From assembly GCA_951406725.2 (NCBI GenBank), contig OX597816.1, forward strand, positions 102,982,001-103,046,000: a DNA stretch of 64,000 bases, written 5' to 3'. Shown one piece after another: positions 55,741 through 64,000 of the stretch (within the stretch, counting starts at the first letter, position 1; the number at the start of each line of letters is the position of its first letter). The notes under the pieces were generated by a model that was not told the DNA's origin, ran no database searches, and was given only the letters and a program-made list of their open reading frames with translations. Made by a program: the position numbers and the translations under genes. Origin of the DNA: Octopus vulgaris (Eukaryota).

Positions 55741-55912
55741 TATATAAATATGTATGTATGCATATGTGATTGTGCATGCATATTTATATATGTTCATATA
55801 TGCATATATACATATGTACATATATTTATAAATATATATATATAAATTTATATATGTATATAAATTTATGTATAAATATAAATTTATATATATATGTATA
55901 TATATATATATT

Positions 55913-55947
<35 letters not shown>

Positions 55948-56009
55948 GTACAAACATATATATATATATATATGCATGTATTTATACAGATATAGATATC
56001 TACATAAGA

Positions 56010-56067
<58 letters not shown>

Positions 56068-56413
56068 ATGCGTGCGTATACACACATATATACATACATG
56101 CATACATACATCAATGCATATATCTACCTATCTATATATATATATTCTTATATACATTATATATATATATGTTTTTGTGTATGTATGTGTCTGTGTGTGT
56201 ACACACACACACATACATACATACATAAATACATAGAAGCATATTTCTATCTTTATATATATTCTTAGATACATATGTATATGTATATGTATATGCATAT
56301 GCATATGTATGTATGTGTATACGCATTCATACACATACATACACACAAACATACAATATATATATGCATTTATATATGTATATATAAATCTATAAATACA
56401 TATTTATGTGTAC

Positions 56414-56475
<62 letters not shown>

Positions 56476-56753
56476 GTATGCGTGCGTATGCACACATATA
56501 TACATACAAGCATACATACATCAATGCATATATCTACTTATCTATATATATATATTCTTAAATACATATGTATATGTATATGTATATGCATATGTATGTA
56601 TGTGTATACGCACTCATACACATACATACACACAAACATACAATATATATATATATATATGTATTTATATATGTATATATAAATATATAAATACATTTTT
56701 ATATGTATATATATATATATATATATACATGTATAAAATTATGTTTGCTCATA

Positions 56754-56792
<39 letters not shown>

Positions 56793-56974
56793 GTAAGTAT
56801 ACGTGTGTGCGTATGTGTGTACATGTATTCCTGTGTATGTATGTGTATATTAGTGTATATGTGTGTGTATGAGAGCATGCGTATGTACGCACACACACAG
56901 CCGCACAAACACACACACAAACTGTTATATATATATACATATATACATATTTCTGCAGCTTATGAATATATATA

Positions 56975-57006
<32 letters not shown>

Positions 57007-57263
57007 ACGTGCATGCATCCATGCATTCATACATGTGAACATAAATATTTTTCAACAAATGAAAGAAATAGAAACAGAGGGTGAAAAGAAAGAGAGAAGA
57101 AAAAGGAAGACGAATAGGTAGAGAGAGGGAGAGAGAAAAAAAAAGCTTCGTTTAAAAGCATAAGGAGCGTGAGTTAGAAAGAAAAAGGAGGTAAAGTAAA
57201 ACGAAATAATGCACGTAAGTATTAAAGAAGTTTAGAACCGCTGAAGCCAAAAGTATATTGAAA

Positions 57264-57304
<41 letters not shown>

Positions 57305-57320
57305 TAATAATAATAATAAC

Positions 57321-57361
<41 letters not shown>

Positions 57362-57569
57362 CAACAACAACTCTAGGAAAGATTGGTTAGATGAATAATC
57401 GGCAAAGAGAGAAAGAAATGTCGGTGTAAAATTTGTGTGATGTAGTGTAGTTGAAGTTTGTAGCTGAATGGATGAAAAGCGCAGTCTGTTTAGGAAGTGT
57501 AACGGAAACATTGCATGGCGTCATACTATCAAGACGTCATAAAAGAAATACTGTTTGGACTGACATCAA

Positions 57570-58726
57570 AGCATTTTTCTTCTCTCCCCCCTGTTCCCTC
57601 TCTCTCCCTCTCTCTTTGTCTCACTCGCTCGCTCTCTTTCTCTCTCTCTCTCTCTCTTTCGCCCTCTCGCTCTCTTTATATTTATCTTTCCTACCCTCTT
57701 TTTCTACTACTCCCTTTGTTGTTCTCTTTTACTCCCTTTTCTACCTCTTCTCACCTCTTCCTCTGCTTTTTCTGCTTTTTCTCTGTCGCTTTCACTATGA
57801 CTCTCTCTCTCTCTCTCTCTCCCTCTGTTTCTCTCTTACTCCTTTTTTCGTTCACTTCTTTCTCTTTCTTTCACTTTCTCTCTCCCCTCTTTTTCACTTT
57901 CTCTGTGTCTGTCTTACAGCCTATCTATCTCAGTCTCTTTCTATCTTCCTTTCTCTCTCTCTCTCTCTCTTTTGCTGTTCACATGTCTGTCTCTTTCCCA
58001 CGATACTTTGTCATTTCCCTCCCACTCTCGCCATTTCTTTCTCCCTTTCTCCGTCTTATTCATCTGACACTCTTTCTTCTCTTCTTTCTTCTTGCCTTTC
58101 ATCACTTTGTCTTACATATACTTATCCTCACCTTACTCCTCATTGTCAGGATCTATGCCTTCTTTTTCTTCATCCTATCTCTTATGTTTTTCTCCATTCC
58201 CCTTGCTTTTTTTGCCCCTTTATTTCTTCATTTCTTCATTTTCATCGCTCTTTCTCCCTCTCTCTCTCTCTCTCTTTCTCTCTTCCTCTTTCTCCTCTTC
58301 TTCTTCTGCTTCTTCCCTCTCCTCTGCTCCTTCTTCTTCCTCCTCCTCCCCTCTCTCCTCCAACTTTTTCTCCGCCTCCCTAACTTTCCCTTCTCCTCCT
58401 CGTTTGCTTCTTTCCTATTTCCTTCTCTTTATTTCTTTGTCTCCTTTTACTCCTCCCTCTCCCCACCTTCCTTTACTCGATTTTTTTCTAGCTTCTCTTT
58501 TTTCTTTTCCTCCTCCCCCTCCTCCTCCACCACCACCACCATCATCACCACCACCACCACCACCATCCCTGCTATCCCCCTACTATCATCACCATCAACG
58601 TCACCATCACTGTCAACAATGTGACCATCACTTTCACCGACACTACCTCTACATAAGTATCATCACCGTCAACGTCTCCATCACCACCACCACAATCATG
58701 ACATCAGCACAACCACTATCACCACC

Positions 58727-58757
<31 letters not shown>

Positions 58758-58915
58758 CCACCACCACAACCACCATCGTCACCATCACCATCATCTTCGT
58801 CACCGTCACCACTACCAATACCACAACCATCTCAGACATCATCATGATCATCGTGTAGTTACCTTCTTCTTCTCCTTCTCCTCCTTCTTCTCCTTCTTCT
58901 TCTTCTTCACTCATG
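57570..58915. repeat. ~1 kb polypyrimidine (CT-rich) tract followed by (CAC/CAT)n low-complexity sequence
   Basis: Visible in base composition; overlapping ORFs are low-complexity artefacts. Confidence 0.9.
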
Positions 58916-59266
58916 TCTTTTTCTCTATCTCCCTTCCTTTCTCAATCAATGTTCAACTTTTACTCCGCCATCTTATCTTTTCTCTTTCTCTCTGTCATTT
59001 TTATTCCGCCATCTTTCTTTCTTACAGTTTGCATCATCGAGATCTTGCGGTCCTTCCTTTATTTCTCACATTTCCTCTCACCAACACACAATTTTACCTT
59101 TTCGGTACACTTAAACATATTTATTTATCTATTTATTTATTTATTTATTTATTCATTTATTTATTTCAATTCTATAATTTTTATTTTTCCATGAATATGT
59201 ATATGTGTAAGTATATGTGCGTGCGTGCATGTGAATCTATCTATATATATACATACACACATATAT

Positions 59267-59330
<64 letters not shown>

Positions 59331-59337
59331 ACATACA

Positions 59338-59385
<48 letters not shown>

Positions 59386-59845
59386 CTTATATGTGTGTGT
59401 GTGCAGATATATGCATGTGTGTGTGTGTGTAAATATATATGTATTTGTGTGTGTGTGCGTATATATGTATGTATATATGTTTTTATGTATGTATACACCT
59501 TCGTCATACATCTGTGGCTATATTTATTTTTAACAGTCAAAATAATTATTATAAAATATTACTGCCAACTCAGCATATTACATTCGCTGAGTCCTATATT
59601 TCAGTCGCGGATATCCCTAGTTTTAGGATTAGGAATACAAATATATGTGTGTGTGCATTTATGCATGTATATGGACGTGCGACTGTGTGCGTGTGTGTGT
59701 GTATTTATGTATGTATACGTATATATATGTATATATGTGTGTATATATTATTTGATTCTGTTGTTATATTCGTTGTTGGTCTCTTCTCTGTCTATTGCTG
59801 TTTGTATCTCCTGTCTATCTCTGTGTCTTTCTCGTCTCGCTGCAA

Positions 59846-59890
<45 letters not shown>

Positions 59891-59940
59891 CATGCACACA
59901 TACAAACACACACACATACATACATACATACATACATACA

Positions 59941-59973
<33 letters not shown>

Positions 59974-60078
59974 TTACATGTATATGTGTGAGTGTAATAC
60001 ACACACATATCGGTATGAACATTTCTATAATTGTTCCCCTCTCCCAATATCTCTCTTTCGTCCACTTCTCTGTCTGTC

Positions 60079-60133
<55 letters not shown>

Positions 60134-60997
60134 TCTACTGATTTACTCTTTCTGTTTTCCTCTCTCCAACTTTTGTCTTACAATATCTGCCTTTCTTTGC
60201 TGCTTTATTTCATTCGCCATTTCACCCTGTAATGTAAAGATAAGGTGTTTTAGCCACGAGAAATACAAAAAAAAAAAAAAAAAGGAAAAGAAAGAATACG
60301 AAGTAGATGAGGTGAGAGAAAGAGTGATCAGTAACATGAAGAAATAAAGAATCGACGAAAGAATGAAAAAAGGTGGCGTGGGGAAGGACTGGCATGAAGG
60401 AAAAGTGAAAAAGAAAGAGTGAACAAAGACATAAATGCCGGATTTCTTGTGATGTACAAATAAATTTAATATAGCGTGTATGTAATGCATGCATGCATGT
60501 ATGTATGTACGTATGTATGTATGTATGCATGTATGTATGTATGTATGTATGTATGTATGTATGTATGCATGTATGTATGTATGTATGTATGTATGCATCT
60601 ATGTATGTATGTATGTATGTATGTATGTATGTATGTATGTATGTATGCATGCATGCATGCATGTATGTATGTATGTATGCATGCATGTATGTATGCATGT
60701 ATGTATGTATGTATGTATACATGCATGTATGTATGTATGTATGCATGTATGTATGTATACATATATGTATGTACGTATGTATGTATGTATGCATGTATGT
60801 ATGCAAGTAAGCTTGTATGCATCTATGTATGCATGTATGTATGTCTATGTGTGAGTATACGTGAATGCATGTATATATGAATGTACATGTAAATATGTGA
60901 ATGTGTGTCTGTATATAAATCTGTTTCTCTCTGCATATAGATATATACTTATATACATATATATTCTTTATTATACATATACACACACATTCACTCA

Positions 60998-61067
<70 letters not shown>

Positions 61068-61381
61068 TGTATGTATGTATGTATGTATGTACGTATGCAT
61101 GTATGAATGCACGTACTCTGTATGTACTATATATCTATCCTCGCTTGTATTCATGTATGTATATACCTATTCATATATGTATGTATATATTTTTTAATAT
61201 ACAGACAACCGCTTCAGTTCAATTTAGTTCATTCCCATTGTATGAATTTTTGTGTGCAAACGTGCGTGCATCTGTACATATACATATATATCTATGTGTG
61301 TATGTTTGTGTACGTGTGCGTGCGCAATGTGCGCATGTGCATTCAAGTATAATAGCGTAGGCACGTACGTCATTGTGAATA

Positions 61382-61431
<50 letters not shown>

Positions 61432-61486
61432 TCAGTATGTGTACGTGTGTGTGTGTGTGTATGTACACATATAGATATGCAGACAC

Positions 61487-61528
<42 letters not shown>

Positions 61529-61533
61529 TATCT

Positions 61534-61572
<39 letters not shown>

Positions 61573-62284
61573 CATATTTGTAGGAAGATACGTATGTTTG
61601 CGCCCGTATATGTGTGTGTGTACGTATGTACGTGCGTGTGACTAACTATGTATGTGTGTGTGTGTATCTGTGTGTGTGTGTGTGTATGTGTGTGTGTGTC
61701 TGTGTGTGTGTGTGTGTCTGTGTGTGTAAATGTTAGTGCTGTTTGTCTATGTACGTGAATTCATATATATAATGAGTTTTAGGATAATATGAATGAAGAT
61801 CAAAGGAAAAGCTAAATGTACATATGTGTATGTTCGTCTATGTCTTTGTGTGTGGTTTTATGTTGCGTGTATGTTGTGAGTGTGCACATGCACGTCTGTA
61901 CTTTCGTATATGTATTTATGTATTTATGCGTAATGTATGTATGTATGTAAGTATAAACGGATGACTGGATTGGTGGATGGATGGATGGATGGATGGACGG
62001 ATGTGTGTTATGTTCGTACACATATATGTCTACATACATTCATATATTAGGTGCATAGAAAATGGAGAGAGAGGAGGACGCGCAAGTATAGAAATCGAGA
62101 GAGGGAATACCTAGTGATAGTGAGAAAGTGGTAGTTATAGATATATTAATAGAAATAAGTGTAGGAGGGAGGAGAGAAAGAGAGAATGACAATGAAAAAA
62201 AGCACACACACACATACTCACACGCACGCACACACACACGCACGCACGCACGCACGCACACACACAGACACAGACAGACAGACA

Positions 62285-62326
<42 letters not shown>

Positions 62327-62499
62327 CGGCAACTGAAATAGAGACATGATAAAGTGGTTCATAATTAGTAGGAAAATGAGTTGAGGGAAGAGTAAAAGGA
62401 ATAATAGGGAGGAGAAAACATCCCTAAAATGTATGTATCTGTGCGTGCGTGTGTGTGTGTGTGTGTGTGTGTGTTTGTGTGTGATTGTGTGTGTGAATG

Positions 62500-62543
<44 letters not shown>

Positions 62544-62608
62544 TACAGGATAGTTTGATAAGTGTTAAGGTACGAAATTGTCGGCTCTTGAGTCACTCTC
62601 TCACTTTC

Positions 62609-62700
<92 letters not shown>

Positions 62701-62846
62701 GAGAGAGAGGAGAGGGGAGAGAGAAATCTTGAACTGAGTAACTTGTGGAAAATAAATTATAATTTTATATATATATATAATGTGCTGATATGATTATATA
62801 TACAACGGTGGTAGATGAGGGTTGAATGTATATATCGATAAATATG

Positions 62847-62942
<96 letters not shown>

Positions 62943-64000
62943 TTTTCGCGAGCAACATATATATATGAATTTCCGCGTCGGGAAAAAATTGCTTTGAATA
63001 TGTATCTTCCCGGTAACATAGGACAAGAAGTGTACATATTCATTCATACTATACATACATATGTATAAAGTGAAAACTGTTATATATCTCGGAGCTTCTT
63101 TGAGCAAGGACCACAGTTCAATGAAGATATCAAAGCAAGATTTGATCTTGTTTAATTTGGTCTGATGAAACTGGAGTCACATAAAAAGTAGTTCCAGTAG
63201 TTTTTGCTCGTTGCTCTTGCTGTACAAATCCCTGAATGTTACTATGAAAACGGAAGACGAACGCCTGTTGGAAAGTATCTGAGTGTTTGTACACAAGAAC
63301 TTCAGAAACTGCTGCGCAACTGTAAGTTCTTTGTTGACTGTAAATGTTAAGTCATCTGTTCATTCAGTTATGAATCCTTTGATGATTGCCCATTTTAGAA
63401 ACCAGCTGCAATGGAAGATGTAGCCGCACCTTTGTGAAAGGATAGCTGTAGCTACCACCTATATGGCACTTACCGTCTGTCTTTGCGAAAGAAGAAACTA
63501 TGAGCAATACTTTTATTGCTACAACTCAACGATCACATTAAATGAGAAGACACTTGTGAAAAAAGGATTTACAGTGACGCATTTTCCGGTATCATTATGT
63601 TTGCTGTAAAAAAGGTTTATGTAGTTGGAGGGTTACTCAAGATGACTGATACTTTCTCTCAGCCTCAGGGAGGCCCTAACGGAAATCCAGTCTGTCACTA
63701 GATTTTGTGTTTTATTCTTCGGAGTATGACTCTTGAGCTCATCACGTTGGAAGAAAAATACAGATAGGGTGACCCCCATCATGGCTAAGGAATCTTATCT
63801 ACTCTTGTCTTAGACGTTCTGACAGTAACTAGAGTTCCAGTATTCAGAAAGTGCTCTTACAGTGTACTCGTTCATCATCTTAGGTATTTGTCTTTGTGCT
63901 GGGTTCATCCGTGCTTTTGACAAGTCTGACTTTTTACTTTCTGGTAACCCTCCTTACCAGACTAGCCTAGTGGGGTTCTGGTGTAGTCGTTGACGACGAT

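Noticed and set aside
56020-56720. Higher-order duplication of compound microsatellite (also 26240-26410)
   Set aside because: Ordinary slippage or unequal-exchange product; no unique sequence involved.
57451-58847. Long 250-370 aa S/L/F/P-rich ORFs
   Set aside because: Polypyrimidine and (CAC)n tracts lack stop codons by composition; all three frames are open.
63090-64000. Possible decayed LINE endonuclease region on the minus strand
   Set aside because: Only a faint GTL..VRT-like trace near 63810-63850; too degraded to support.

Overview
Eukaryotic, very AT-rich DNA saturated with microsatellites, either intergenic or intronic. The repeat families (tRNA-headed SINEs, vast (TA)n/(CATA)n/(CA)n tracts) look like a coleoid cephalopod, probably Octopus; this is an inference from recalled repeat families, not a database match. 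I found no credible host exon, rRNA, functional tRNA or CRISPR array, and almost all listed ORFs are microsatellite translation artefacts. The interpretable content is transposon-derived: three abundant tRNA-derived SINE families; R4/Dong-like restriction-like-endonuclease (RLE) LINE fragments, one in (AAT)n and several sister families tied to (CATA)n; CR1-group LINE 3' ends; a ~1 kb non-autonomous Helitron; a fold-back mariner; a 76-bp MITE; and many Penelope-type minimal hammerhead-ribozyme motifs. The most notable signals are three. (1) A (CATA)n-associated RLE retrotransposon group appears to carry its own target in its 3' UTR, giving nested and tandem copies. (2) A tRNA-headed element ends in a hammerhead module, alongside several unrelated hammerhead variants. 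(3) A covarying 3' stem-loop is shared by SINE A and several CR1-like LINEs. Coordinates were read by eye and may be off by a few bases.
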